Positions 36,181-49,343 of a stretch of 64,000 nucleotides of DNA are shown here, in pieces. The position numbers and the translations under genes were made by a program. The notes beneath the pieces are model-generated. The model saw only the letters and a program-made list of their open reading frames with translations, searched no databases and had not been told where the DNA came from. Positions within the stretch are counted from its first letter, which is position 1; the number at the start of each line of letters is the position of its first letter. This DNA comes from Camelus ferus (Eukaryota). The DNA lies in contig NC_045706.1 of the NCBI RefSeq assembly GCF_009834535.1, positions 10,914,001 through 10,978,000 on the forward strand, given 5' to 3'.

Positions 36181-39100
36181 GTACTTTTTCCAATCCATAA
36201 TCACGTTCTTGATAATTTTTTTCTCTCTTTATAAAGTTACAGCTGCTTTTCCAATATGTTTTGAAATTGCCTGGAGAAATCTGATTCCCGTTGGATTTGG
36301 GGAAAGATTTAAGCTTCAGATAAGGCATCTTGTGTTGATCAAATATTAACAATTTTAAAAAGAACATGTTATCCATTTTTAAATGGAGATGTTCAGATGG
36401 ACAAATATTTAAAGCAAAAATAACCATTTAAGTCATTTAGAGTTTGTCACTGAGTATGATTTTTTTTTTCATGAATAAGTTATGTGAATGCTTCCTGCAG
36501 AGTTTGACATGTTGGCATTTTGTGTGGACGTAGTAAAGCAGATACGTGTTGATAAAAGCACAACGTGCAACAGATGGATTGTCAGTTATTCAGTCTATCT
36601 TTGCAAAACAGCTCGTAGTTGGCAGGCATCCCACAGAGAGGGTTTCTGACTGTTCTCTGGGTGGATGTGTGCTCTTTGCAGGAGGTAGCCTTTAATTCCA
36701 GTGGCAGCTGGATTTTCTGCCGTTGAAGGCTGAGTGTCAGGGGAGGTGAAGGAGGTTATGGGGAAGGAGGCCTGTGAATTGGATGTGTCTACGAGGCCCC
36801 TGCCTGTGTATTTCTAAGAGGCTAGTAGCTAAATGTCTACAATGGCTGGTAAGTATTGTGCATGAGTGAGGTTTTTGGTGTGAGGCTGTAGGGAGTGGTG
36901 GGGACTAGGGCCATTTGGGGGTAGCCAGCCCTGCCTCCAGAGGCTGTAGCTGGTTGTTCAGCTGACTTTGGCAGTGAATGCTTTAGGGTCTAGGCTGTCT
37001 GAGCTTTCCCTGCTTTGAGCTCTGTCCACCTAGGTCTTGGCTTGCCCCACCCTCACCCTGGAGCTCTAAGGGAGGTTTCTTCCTAAGGCATCTTCTCCTG
37101 TCTTCAGCCCAGTGCTGCTGCTTTATCCAGAGAAGCTGGGCATTTGAATTCTTATATGAACCCATCTGATATTATAAGTGATGGAACTAATTTTTTAAAA
37201 ATGCAAAACCTTGCCTGCCAAACAAAACACATCCATGGGCAGAGGCAGCTTGTGGGCTGCCAGGTTTTGAGCCTCTGGCTCCACAAGCTGGAATCCATGA
37301 GGCCAAAGCCATTCAGTGTTTGCAGACTCACAGGCTTATTCAAAGGATTTTCTGACTCAGACACCCTTCCCCTGGATGCAACAGCGTGTCTGCTGCCCTC
37401 CCCTCTGCAGGGGCAAGGATGGATTCCAAGCTCCCCTTGGCTGAATTTCCTAGGTCAGCCTAGAAAGCTGTCCCAGGCATGACTCTTGGCCATTTGCTTC
37501 CTTCCTGCTTGGTCTCCTTCCTGGATGACTTTGCCTGAGCCCCTTGAGGGGTGGTGAGCAGCCTCAGGTGGGAGGCGCGGCTTCGGAAAGCTGGGTGCTG
37601 GCTGTGCCCTTTCAGGTAGGCGAGCCCACTGCTGTCCTTTGCCCCCAGTACCCAAGACAAGGCCCAGGGACAACTGTCCATAGACGCTGGCCTGTGCAAT
37701 GGATTTGTCCGGCCTCACCCTAATCCCCTGGTTGGGAGTCAAGCAGGAGGACAGATGTCCGTTCCTTTGCCTCAGCTTGTGTGTTGGAGGTGAGAGGGGC
37801 TGATGGGTCAGCCAGCGCACCCCTGCACCGTGCAAACCAGTCGGGTCCCTGCACGGCCGAGCTGGGACTCGCACCTGCACCCTGGGCCGCCTGGCTGTTT
37901 GCCCTGCACGTGGTGCTGGAGCGCCCTCCAACTCAACTGAGTTTGCCAGATCTTTGCCAGGGCCAGGCCTTGTGAAAAGCACGGGTGACACACAAGGACG
38001 AGACAGACGAGCCTCTTCAGGGGACAGGCCTGGGGAGGGGCAGCTGCTTGTTAGACAAGCCTTTGCAAATATGGCGAGGACAGAAATGGGAAGTGCAGGT
38101 TCCGTGGGAGCACGGGCAGTGGGTGTCAGGAAGGCCCTGAGGGAAGTGACTCTTAAGCTGACATCTGAGTGGAGTTTGGGGGTAGGAGGAGTGTTCCTGG
38201 GAGAGGGGCCAGCACATGGGGAGGAAGGCCTGGAGACAAGAGCCGTCAGAGGGTCGTGTGGAGGGGCAGGCTGGCTCTGCTGTGTTTGAGGTGGGGCCAC
38301 ACCTGGAGAACGTGGATGCACAGGGAACACTGGGGGGCCCTGTGTTGGATTGCACTGGCCCATCCACATCCTACAGCCAGAGCTTCCAGAATCTGACAGC
38401 TCCTCTCTGCACCCACCACCCCGATACCCAGCATATGACTCCTTGAAGCTGGACGTGCCTGGTCTTTGCTTCTGTGCAGTGAGTGCTGCCTCGCCCGTCA
38501 GCTCTCTGAGGATACAGACAGCACTGGGAACGGCGGGAGCATCATCTCTGAGGCCTGTGGTGTCCATACCTCAGTCTGGGTTATCGCACTCAGCCTCGTG
38601 ACAACTCCTACCCTTTCAGATGCTGGGGCCGTGGGCCGAGAGGTTAAGCTGCAGCTGGCCCACGGCCGCCCGACTTGGTGCAGACAGAGCCGGGGTGCAG
38701 GCCCAGGTCTCCGACTTCAGGGCCTGTGTGTTCTCTAGTGGGTCTGACTGCAGGGGAAGTAAAACCAGAAGGAAGTTCTGTTTCACTAATTTAAAAAAGT
38801 GGAGGACTCAGACAGGGAGAAGTCAGCCCAGCTAAATTTCACAACCAGACTTACCACCTCTGATCCAGCAGGAAGCTTGTCGACGGTTTCTCTCTACAGT
38901 GAACTAAGCCTGGCTTGTTGTTTCATTCTTCCCATAACTACCCAGCCAGATCTCTCCACAGTGCTTACCAACTTCTCTGGTACCGTATATAATTTCTTTC
39001 TCTCTGTACTCTTTGCTTTTCCCTCTATCACACAGGCTCTCTAGGGTTTGTAGTCTTTGTCTGTCTTCTTCCCCACTGTATCTGCGTGCCCATGAAGTGC

Positions 39101-40440
39101 CTGGCTCACTGTGCGCTTCCTGCTGTCCGCTCAGGTCAGCCAACACCTAAGAACCTGCCATCAGTGGGGTCCTGGCCTCCCTGCTCATCTTGAGCTGCAG
39201 TTTGCTGCCTTAGGAGTGGACTTGAGAGAGGAACACACTGTCTATTCTTTTGGGGCTCATGTGCTCAGAAGCTCCAAATAGTGGACCAGTGCTGTGTCTT
39301 CACTGCCCTCCCTGGTCTGTGTTGCACCCCTGGCAGGCAGGAAGGCAGCCTCTTAGTTTGGGAGGGTCTCAGCGCTCTGTGTTTACGGTGGGGGTGCTGG
39401 AGCTTTAGGGAGTTGGGAGGGTGATGCCTGCTACCTTCCCTCCTTGGAGTTCCTGGGGTTGTAACTGCCAGGTGTTCATATGCAGCAGTCTGCTTTCAAA
39501 GCAATTCTCTCCCTTTGCAATTTCTTTATGGCTTAAAAAAATTTTTTAAAGGGCTTCTTCCTCATGAATTAGCACATGAGATACGTCTATCTTGTAACAC
39601 AAAGCAACCTCAGAAAGACCTCCAAGGTGTTCATTCTTTGGCTACCCCTGAATTCATCCATCCATCCATCCATCAGTGCATGCATATTGGGCCTGCTTTT
39701 GGGATGGATACAGCAGCTCCTGTAGATTTGTAAAAATCAGACTGAGAGTTGAGGGTGGGGGAGTGGTGGGGTGGTGGAAGATTTCTAATAATCATAGCTC
39801 TGAGAGCAACTCGCACTGGTATTTAAATATAATAGTACCAGGCATGTTGATAGTGTTTTGGAGTTAACAGTTATGAGGGGGAGGTGGTCTATGGTATTTA
39901 TTAATTTTATCATATTTAATTTAACACTAAAACTCAATCCTGGATTTTAGAATGTTTGATATTCTTATTTAAAGTAATAGTAAAGGTCTTCCTAAAAGGC
40001 TAAAATGCCATATTCTTTATTTTTAAAAAAATGATCCAAAAGTGATGAGCGGTCTTTATTTGAAATTCATTCATGTCATTACCAGATGGGGTAAGAAGGG
40101 TGGGTTCCTGGCAGTCCTCAGTACCCTCCAGATTTCATTCTCTCTCTGGTTTGGGCTGTCTTTCCCATCTTTGCCTTTCGACGTGGACTCGGCCAGGTCC
40201 AGGTGGGACCGGATGGGAGCTCAGCTTCTTGTGGGGTGGGCTGCCCTGCGCCTCCGTCCCTTCCTGGCTCACCTCATCACTTTCAGGTGTCATCTGCTGA
40301 CATCCTCGTACAATAACTGAGGTTGTACTTACCTTGCATCCCTGTCTACTGCGTTTTCATAATTAAGACTCTATTGTTTGTTGTTTGCTGCTGAGCCAAA
40401 GAGGATACTGAGATTTCTTCTTGGAGCATCTTTTCTTATT

Positions 40441-40557
40441 ATTTTTTGTGGCTTTTTGGGGGGTGCGGTGGGGTGGGACAGGTAATTAGGTCTATTTATT
40501 TGCTTATTTTTAGAGGAGGTACACATGTGCCCTACGGCTTGAGCTAAACCTTCTCTC
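40441..40557 (-). mobile_element. Camelid-type SINE with internal deletion (B-box missing)
   Basis: Tail aggtaattaggtctatttattt...tttagaggaggtac joined directly to head cttgagctaaaccttc; TSD cttttcttatt. Confidence 0.75.
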
Positions 40558-40779
40558 TGCTTTTCTTATTTTTATATTCCCTGGTAACTCTTTAAAATGC
40601 TTCTCCATACAGTGTTACGCAGGCCCCTCAGATCAGCTCTGCAGTCTGAGTTGCCCTAGGGACAGTCCTCCTGGGGCCCTCTGACCACAGCTCCCACCAG
40701 GGCATCCCCAGGTCTTCCTTTGCCACCACTGGCCACTCCCTCTCCCGCCTCCAGGACCAGGTCCCCCTCTGCCCTGAGT

Positions 40780-41750
40780 CACTCACTCATTTTGGTGGAA
40801 CACGACCAGCAATAATTTCTTGAGAAAGGGGGCCTGGCAGGTAGACCTTTAAACATCTTGTTGAGTGAAAGTGTTGTTTCTTCCCCCAACTGTTTTCCCA
40901 CTTCACAGAGCATAGAATTGAATTCTAGGCTGAAACTCATTCAGAATTTTGAAGACATTGTCCCATTAGCTTCCATTTTTATTAAGAATCAGTATCTTAC
41001 ATGTAAGCGGTTTTGTTCTGGTTTCTTTGCCTTTTTTCTCTCTGGAAGAGCATAGGATCCTCTTTTCATCACCAATATTCTAAAACTGTGTGGTCAGAGG
41101 CTTTGGAGGGGGTGAGGTTCATTCATCATGGGGGGTGTTTTGTGGAGCCTTTTAATCTGGAAATTTGGGAAATGTTCTTATGTTATTTTTTAGTAACTTC
41201 TTTCCTTCCATTTTCTCTGGTTTCTTCCCCAGTGATGCGCGTTCCCCCCTCCCCCCCACCCCCGGACTGAGCCTTTAATTTTATCCTTTTTTTTCCCCTC
41301 CTATTTTTTCATCTCTTTGGCTTTTGGTTCCTACTTTTTCTTTCGGAGATTTCAACTTTATCTTCAAATCTTTCTATAGAATTTTTCCTGCTTTTGTTTT
41401 CTATACATGGGAGTCCTCCAGCCTCTTCCTGGCGGCCACAAGCCCGATGTATTTATAAACGAAACATATCTGCAGTCAGCTGGGTGGGGAGAAATTTGCT
41501 GGGGGTCTGTATGTGGAATTTCATTTAACCCTTATGCTAAGTTTGGTGTCTTCCTTGCCTTCTTTGAGCTTCTGTCTGCAAATTCTCTGAGTCAATTTCT
41601 TTAGAGAAGAAAACCCCAGTCTCCCGGGGGGGTGGGGTAGGGGAGGGAGATAACTGCTCAGGGTTCGGAGGGTCTAGGACCTGGGGGGGGGTCTGACAGC
41701 TTCTTTCTGCCACCCTGTTCATCCCTCCCGCCAGGGTTCCTGACACCCCT
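40780..41750 (-). mobile_element. HAL1/ancient L1-like remnant
   Basis: cattttggtggaacac...ttcttgagaaaggg...aattctaggctgaaa...cagaattttgaagacattgtcccatt; T-rich antisense L1-family texture. Confidence 0.5.
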
Positions 41751-42644
41751 GAGCTCCTGCCATTTTTAGATGTTTCTTGTTGTCCTCCTGCCCCCATGGC
41801 CCCCAACACTGCAGGTACCTGAACATTTGCTGTCCACAGCAGGGCTGTTGCTCTGGTGGAGGCTGTCAGGGTGGGAGGAGAGCTGCTGGCCATCCCTCTA
41901 GGTCTCTCCCAGGGTCAAGGATGTGGCGGCTGCACCCGGGGAGGGGGCGGGGAATGTTCTCACTGTATCCTGATGGGAGCTAGAATAGGGTTAACAAAGC
42001 TCTGGAAAATTTACCAAAATAACTCAAGAGACCGGTTCTTCTTTTTTGTTAAGTGTTCTCTGCACGGACATCAGGCCTTCCCGTGACTGGCTTGCGGTCG
42101 GCAGTCTCAGGGTTTCCCTTCTCAGTCACGCTTCCTACCCCAGCCAGATAAGCTCTACCCACGAAGCCATCGCTCAGAGTTGGAGATGAGGGTGGCCCAG
42201 GTCCGGGCACCTTGGGGGGCCCATCACTCTTCCCAGAGACTCGGGGGGGGGGATGGGGACTTGCAGGCACGGCTGAGAGACCTGAGATCTGTGCACCTGC
42301 AGGTGCCCCTCCCCAAACCTGCTTCCTGTCCCCCCTCCCGCCCCCACCTCTAAGCCTCAAGGTACTTCTTTTCACAACCACCTAAGACGACTTGGATCCA
42401 TCTAGAAAATGTGTGTGTGTGAATGTTCAAGGAGAGGGGGAGACCTAAAGTGATTTCTGCTTCCAGAGCCCCACATGGAGTTTGCTAGTCTGGCTGGCTG
42501 AAATTCTACTTTTATGAAGTATTGTTGAAACAGGAAGTGGTTTTCCAAAGATGTTCCTTCCTGACAGAATGGGGGTGGTGGGAGGGAGGCTCGTGGCTTC
42601 GTGGAGGGAGTGGCTCTTCTAGCCTCAGAGCTCTGCCCCACCTG

Positions 42645-42676
42645 GGTCTCCATGCTGGTCTCCATGCTGGTCTCCA
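42645..42676. repeat. 12-bp tandem repeat (GGTCTCCATGCT), about 2.7 copies
   Basis: ggtctccatgct ggtctccatgct ggtctcca. Confidence 0.8.
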
Positions 42677-43777
42677 GGCCTGCCCCCTGGAACAGCCATA
42701 TTATCTTAAGACCCCCGCCTAAGCAGTCTTTCTGCACGTCTTGCTAAGGCTTTCTTTCTGGGGGATGGGAGAAGGTCAGGCCTCAATCTCACGGGGTTTT
42801 TTGTCAACTGGTCCCTGCAACCAAAAGAAGTTGAAGGATTGCTTTTCCCCTCCTTTCAAGCCCCAGGTATTGAAGCCTTCTGGTGATTTCCATGAGGCCA
42901 GAGGTTTTCAGAGCCTGGGGTTTCCAAAGCTAAGCTCTGCAGCATGTGTGGTGGGCTCTCTGGAGAGAATGGCAGTTTTCTAGGTGGACCCCGAGAAGCA
43001 CCCCCTCTTCTTCCCACAAATCGTAGCTCTGTGGCTACGTTTCAGAGGCATTCATTATCCGGCTTCCTCTGTAGGGTGAGGTAAAACTGAGACTCTAATG
43101 TTTAGAGAAACAGCCCTCACGTTTGCTGCCTGCAAAGTGCAAACACAGGAAGTTAGAGAAAGTAGAACCCGCAGGGGACGCCCTGTAGGACGGGCTCCTG
43201 TCCACAGCCCAGGCACGGAGGCCTGCTGTTTTTAGGACAAGGCACTCACCGTGAGAGCATGCCTGCACCAGCCCCTGCTGGGTTTTGGTGCAACCTAAGT
43301 GCAGGTGTGCATACCTTTTCCAGCCCCGCTGATAAGCCTTCCCGGGTGCCTGCTTAGGGCTGATACCTTCCCGCTCGACAGCACTTGGGACTCAGGGCAG
43401 GTGAGCAGTGCTCTCTCTCTTGCTAATACTCACGTCGTTCCCTGAAAACAAGCCCCTGCCCCGGAAGGCTGACAGAGTGCACCACCTGGAGGGTAATGCA
43501 TCTCACGGGCGTGGAGCTGAGCAGAAACGTTAGGCCCTGGAGCTGAACAGTCCTGTGCCTCCCTGCGGGCTCCCTGGATAAGCCACGTCACCTCTCCTGG
43601 CCTCCGTGTCCTCATAGGGACATGGCGCTGACAGGAAAATGGCACTGTGCTGGACGCCCAGGGGATTAAGAAAGTGGGACCATGGCTGTAAAACACCTAG
43701 CATGTATCTGGAGCATAGTCGGGACTTGATGACTGGTTGGGATATGTGTTCACGGTTTAACTTGATGTTTTTAAAAT

Positions 43778-43950
43778 GTATTTTTATTGAAGTGTAGTCA
43801 GTTTACAATGTTGTGTCAATTTCTGGTGCACAGCACAACGCTTCAGTCACATAGGAACATACACATTCATTTTCTTACTGTTTTTCACCATAAGTTACTA
43901 CAAGATATTGAATATAGTTCCCTGTGCTATACAGTATAAACTTGTTGTTT
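43778..43950 (-). mobile_element. Lineage L1 3' end (5'-truncated)
   Basis: ttattgaagtgtagtcagtttacaatgttgtgtcaatttctggtg...gatattgaatatagttccctgtgctatacagta. Confidence 0.85.
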
Positions 43951-44372
43951 GATTTTATTTTTTACTGTGGTAAAATAGACATAAGATAAATTTTACCACA
44001 CTTACACTTTTTAGAGCTCTCGGGTTTACCAGTTTAACCGTTTTAAAGCGTACAGTTCAGTGGTGTTAAATACGTTCACAATGTTGAACAGCTGTCACCA
44101 CCGTCTAGTTCCAGAGCTCCTTCATCACTCCAAACAGGAACTCCTTACCCATTAAGCTGCTACTCCCTGTGTCCTTCCTCCTCCCCCAGCTAACCACTCA
44201 GCTTCCTGTCTCTATGGAGTTGCCGATTCTGAATATTTCATATCAGTAGAATCATATAACACGTGGCCTTTCGTGTCTGGCTTTTTTCACTGAGCATAAT
44301 GCTTTCAAGGTCCATCCATGCTGTAGTTAGTGTCAGTCCTTCACTCCTTTTTATGGCTGAAGAATGTTCCCA
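43951..44372 (-). mobile_element. L1MB-like 3' fragment
   Basis: tgtggtaaaatagacataa...tacagttcagtgg...ctgtctctatgg...gtctggcttttttcactgagcataatg...tttatggctgaa. Confidence 0.85.
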
Positions 44373-44700
44373 TGAGTCCTTAATTTGAAGAATTCACAGG
44401 ATGGTCATGAATGCTGCTGAATGTCACTCCCTCTGGGCCAGGATTCTTTCCGTCATCGTGTCTGAATGGGTGGTGCAGCAGTTTTGAGACAGGAGATGGG
44501 ACTACAGATGCATGGAGCGGGAGAGGGAGGGGCTAGGCCGATCACAAGCACCCCCAGATCGGGCTTAGCTCTGGAGCCGCAGCCAGATCCCCCAGGGTTC
44601 CTGTAGCAGCGGTGCCTCCTGGGCTGGAACGGTTTGCTGGGCTCAGGCCGGGAAGGGCTGTGCTTGCAGATGTCAGACAGGCTCTCTGTGTCTCCCTCAG

Positions 44701-44844
44701 ATGCAGGAAAAGGCAAAGGAGATCTACACGACCTTTCTGTCCAGCAAGGCCTCGTCCCAAGTCAATGTCGAGGGCCAGTCCCGGCTCAATGAGAAGATCC
44801 TGGAGGAACCACACCCTCTGATGTTCCAGAAACTCCAGGACCAG
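44701..44844 (+). CDS. RGS10: RGS10 coding exon 4 (144 nt)
   Basis: ctccctcAG|ATG CAG...; [48 protein letters not shown]; donor CAG|gtaacc. Confidence 0.97.
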
Positions 44845-45489
44845 GTAACCTGACTTCCCTACCTGCACTTTAATTTGAAAATTAACTCCCCCTGCCCCGC
44901 CCCCCACCAGCCTGGAAGAATTCAGTTGAAACTAAATGTTAGACACCCTGGAAGTCATCCCATCCAGCGGGGCAGGTTGGAGGCCCATTGAGGGGCCGTG
45001 GCTGATGAAAGAGACAGGCTGGCCTGCCAGGCCTCATTTGCTCAGCATCAGATAGAAAACCGACAGTTAGCAAGTACACGTATGAGAAGCAGCTTGAGAA
45101 TGTTTTCCAGCTGATACAGTGGCAAGCGCAAATTGCACATGAATGCTGAGTCAAGTTTGAGTGTTGAAGGAACTCCAGTTAGCCTGGGAGACTTGCTGAG
45201 GGCCTCCTGGAGGTGGTGATTTTGAGCCAACGGGAGGAATACCATGAACATGGCTTTGTGGAGTAAAGGGGGGAAATGTGTGGTTAAAGGCAGTTTTTGT
45301 GGCTGTAGCCACATGAGGGTACCCCCCAACCCCACCTCACAATCTTGCAAGCTTCCTAGGGCACTTTGAAGTTCAGCCAGGGTTGGGAAACTGCAGTGAA
45401 GGCCCTGTGTCCTAGGTACTCTCAACAAGAGTAGTATCTGCCCTTCAGAGGTGCCCTTCTGTGCCCAGGGCCCCTTGGCCTGCATTATC

Positions 45490-45635
45490 TCATTTAATCT
45501 CCAGTGAGCAGTATTACTCCCATTTTGATGATGAGGAAAGCAAAGTCCAGGGAGATTGAGTGGATTGTTAGCACAAAGACCCACAGGTAGTAGGAAGTAC
45601 TGGAGGCCCATGCACCTGCCTTCAAAGCCTGTACT
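45490..45635 (-). mobile_element. MIR
   Basis: tctcatttaatctcc...cccattttgatgatgaggaaagcaaag. Confidence 0.65.
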
Positions 45636-46845
45636 CTGTCACACATGCAGCCCACGCAGCTGTCCCAGGCTCGTGGGCAGCCTCTCACTGCTCCTCACAA
45701 CCCCATGACACCAGCTGGAGCAGAAGGATTGGAAGGCCACGTGGTACCGGCATTTTGTGGGACCGCAGAAGCCAAGGTAGCAGCGAGGAATGGGATAGGC
45801 TGATGTCACTCCAGGTGGTGGCACTTTGGGTTCCCAAGGTCCCAGTTCACTTGCTGTTAGGCCTGCAACACATCTCAAAATAGAGCTGGACCTCTGACCA
45901 CCCTCCCGCACCTGCCCCGCATTGAATTCATACCGTAGGAGGTTTAGCTGACACAGAAAGGAGGAAATACAAGGGACAGAGGAAGATTTTTTTTTAAGTG
46001 ACGAAGAAAGACATTTTAAAAATAACTTTTATTAAAAAAAAAACTTTTATCCACCTAACTAGAAAAATCATACATGCTCAGAAAAAGAAACTTGGGAAAC
46101 GAAAATATAAAGATGAAAAAAGATAATTTCATAGGAAGGTGACCACTAAATAACATTTGCTCTCTAGACGTTCCATCATATTTTTCCTTTAAAAACGCGT
46201 GTACACACACATCTAACAAACGTGGCACAATGCAGTTCAAACTACTTACTGTGTCATTTATTTGAGAGGGAGAAATATGCGCTCTCTTCCTCAGGCATAA
46301 TTGGGTGCAAACGTGACATCTGGAATCTGATTCCACAGCAAGTGCCTGTTAAGGGCCTCTAAGATCTGTTTGGCTTCAGAAAACTCTGCCTCTCGGGGGC
46401 TTTGCTGGTAACTATCAAAATGTGTGCTCAGCATGGTTTGTTGTTCTCTGCTCCCCAAAGGGCCCCCATGAGAGCCCTGTTTCCCTCAGTGAAGAAGTGT
46501 GAGGCTGAGGGGAGCATGTTTGGAACCACGAGATTTCATATAACTTTAAAAACCTCCTCAGTGGCGTTGGTTTTGTTGAGCACCACTTGGCTTTATCACT
46601 GAGCTGTCTGAGCAGGCTGCTCTCAGCACTGGCTCACCTGGAAACCTCCAGGGAGCCTCAGCCCCTCCCCACGGCAGGCAGTGCTCCACACCCTGGAGAT
46701 GGCCTATAGGGCAGCGTGGTCTTGGGGGCACAGCTGGAACCTAGAGGAATGAGAAATACTCCCAGACATCAAATAAGATGAGTTCATCACCTGACATTTC
46801 ATTTAAAGGAGAGCTTCTCAGGTCCTCATTCAGGCAGGTCCTGGG

Positions 46846-46978
46846 TTTTTTTTTTTTTTTTTTTCTCCATTTTTTAAATCGAAGTATAGTCAGTTCCAAT
46901 GTGTCAGTTTCTGGTGTACAGCACAATGTCCCAGTCATGCATATAACATACATATATTCGTTTTCATATTCTTTCATT
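46846..46978 (-). mobile_element. Short lineage L1 3' end with poly-T (antisense poly-A)
   Basis: T-run then gaagtatagtcagttccaatgtgtcagtttctggtgtacagcac...ttttcatattctt; caggtcct on both sides. Confidence 0.8.
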
Positions 46979-47614
46979 CAGGTCCTATTGATTCTTGATT
47001 TACATACAATTCTAACAGGTTCTGGTTTTTCAGTTCACAGCCGATTTGAAGTGCTGGTAGAGGCTGTGGAGTGATGAGCCCCAAGAGGCGATGGCTAACA
47101 GCCAGAGAAGAGGCAGAAAAATGATACTAAACACAAAACCACAGCACAGTGATTGGGAACCACCGAGTGTGGGGGCCCACAACCCCACACACCACACTGG
47201 GGGCATCCCTGTGCTGCAGGATGGTGGTGCAATTAGTGATTCTAATGACCCCAGGGCATCAAGCAAAACTTGAATTGTGGTCGGCGTATTCCGTGAAGAA
47301 TGTGTTAGATGTTTTAATAAGAATTTCATCAAAAATGATATCTGAAGAGAAGTTTGTGGGCTTAAAACTTTGTTACCTGGAAAATTCATAATTGGAGAGA
47401 TTGTTCTGTGATTTAATTCAGCTCTGCTAACGTGGCCCAGTTGTGTGCCCAGCGCATGCTGGGAAGGCCAGCAGAGGCAAGGGCACCTCTTTGGAACTTT
47501 AGCCTAGAGTCTGAGTCTGCTTTTGGACACAATTACATTGTGAGAAGGAGGAAGGCAGAGCTGATCTTACAAAGAGCTGGTTTCTTCAGTGAATTGCACT
47601 TCCCTGCAGTGGAT

Positions 47615-47838
47615 TTTTTTTTGAAGTATATTTGATTTACAATATTGTATTCGTTTCTGGCGTACAGCAAAGTGATTTAGTTTTACGTATATATATACAT
47701 ATATATATATATATACACACACACATATTCTTTTTCATATTTTTTTCCCTTATGTTTATTACAGATCATTAAGTATAGTTCCCAGTGCTCTACAGTAGGA
47801 CCTTGTTGTGCATCTGTTTTATACATAGTCATTTGTAT
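47615..47838 (-). mobile_element. Lineage L1 3' end containing a (TA)n(CA)n microsatellite
   Basis: ttgaagtatatttgatttacaatattgt...agtatagttcccagtgctctacagtaggaccttgttg; TSD-like tgcagtggatt / tgtagtggctt. Confidence 0.85.
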
Positions 47839-47924
47839 TGTAGTGGCTTTTTATCGTAAAGATTTGCCGCTGGCAGGTCTAGCTCAGTTCTGGCTGGCTT
47901 GCTGGTGTGTGGGTTTGCTTTTTC

Positions 47925-48300
47925 CTTCATTCCTTTATGCTATAAACACTGATGGAGGGCCCACTGCGTGCCAGGGACTGTGCCTGGAGCTATGTGCGCA
48001 GTGAGGAAGTCAGCACCTGTCCACCCAGGAGGACAGAGAGAGATAAGTGCTAAGGAGGAAATGCCACAGGTGATGGGCGAAGAGTGACTGGGACGGGCCC
48101 TCCTTTGGGTCTAGTGGTCAGAGAGGGCTCCTTGAATCTGAGATCTGAGTGGCAAGGGGAAGCTGAGGAAGAAGACTTGGGGGCAGGACCTTCCGGGGAG
48201 AGCAAATGGCAGGTACAAAGGAACCCATGGGGGTGAGTGTGGCTGGAGTGGAGTGAGGGAGGGTGAAGGGAGAAGCTAAGTTGGGAGGGACTGGCAGGGG
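47925..48300 (-). mobile_element. L2 remnant
   Basis: ttcattcctt...aaacactgatggagggcccactgcgtgccagggactgtgc...ggtcagagagggctcc...gctggagtggagtgagggaggg. Confidence 0.6.
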
Positions 48301-48899
48301 TTAGGCCCCGAGCCCGTGGTAACCAGTTTAATTTCGACAGTGACTATTTATAGAATGTGCCAGCTGGGCTCATAAGGTTTGGTCCTCTTGAAAGCCAGAT
48401 ACTTTGGCTCTGATCCCCAGCTCTGGCTGTGTCCATCCCTCATCAGCCGAGCAGGAGAATGCGGATGACTCGGTGCAGAGCCATCTCTGTTTCTAGAAAG
48501 TCAGCTGCAAACCCGCGGTCTCCTGACCATGGCTCATCATTTGTGCCCGGTGGCCTGACCCCCTGCCTCCTCCCTCACTCCTCCCCGCCCATCACTTCCT
48601 GGACACTGAGCTCAGATTCACTGTCATTATCACTGTATGTTAGGCTGGCCAGAAGAGGGAAGAGGGATCTTCTGTTCCAGGCCTGCCTCCATCTGACCCC
48701 GGGTGGGTCCTTTTTTCCTGGTGTGGCTTCTGTGGCCTCGTCGGTAACACGAGGCTTTCGGCAAACACTGCTGCCTCTCCGAGCCACACTGCGAAGCAGG
48801 CCGCAAGCCTTCAATGGCCTGACGTTAAAAACGGTTGCTCCCTGATTGCCGTAACCTTATTTCTTTAGCCCCAACTTTTTTCTCCTTTCTTTGACTGTA

Positions 48900-49078
48900 G
48901 AATTTAGTAGCTGTGGAACTTTGGGCAAGAGGTGATCCCTCTCTGAGCCTTGGTCTCCTCACTGGCGAAATGCAGGTCATGATAAGGCATCTGTGAGGGT
49001 GAAACGCACTCACTTCTATGAAGTGCTTACTTAGGGCAGCGCCTGGCGCGCAGTCAGCCCTGCATGAGTGTTGACTGT
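48900..49078 (+). mobile_element. MIR
   Basis: tagctgtggaactttgggcaag...ctctctgagccttggtctcctcac...gcgcctggcgcgcagt. Confidence 0.65.
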
Positions 49079-49123
49079 GCGTGTCCTTTACAATGTTACG
49101 GGAAGATGCATTTTAACCTAATG

Positions 49124-49343
49124 CAGTAGTTTTTAACGGGGGGTGATTTTGGCCAGATGACACTGGGCAATGTCTGGAGACATTTTTGGTTCTCATAATT
49201 GGAGTAGAGGTGCTACTGGCACCCCATAGGTGGAGGCCAGGATGCTGCTTAAACACTCTCCATTGCACACAGGACAGTGTCCCCTCCCCGACACAGACGT
49301 GTCTGGTCCAAAATGTCAGTGATGCCAAGGTTGAGAAACCCTG
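49124..49343 (+). mobile_element. MER20 hAT-Charlie MITE, full length
   Basis: TIR-like ends cagtagtttttaac / gttgagaaaccctg; internal ggcaatgtctggagacatttttggtt...gaggccaggatgctgct. Confidence 0.9.

Noticed and set aside
37455..38567. 370-aa minus-strand ORF in RGS10 intron 3
   Set aside because: GC-rich, overlaps L2-like remnants, no recognisable domain or coding-like composition.
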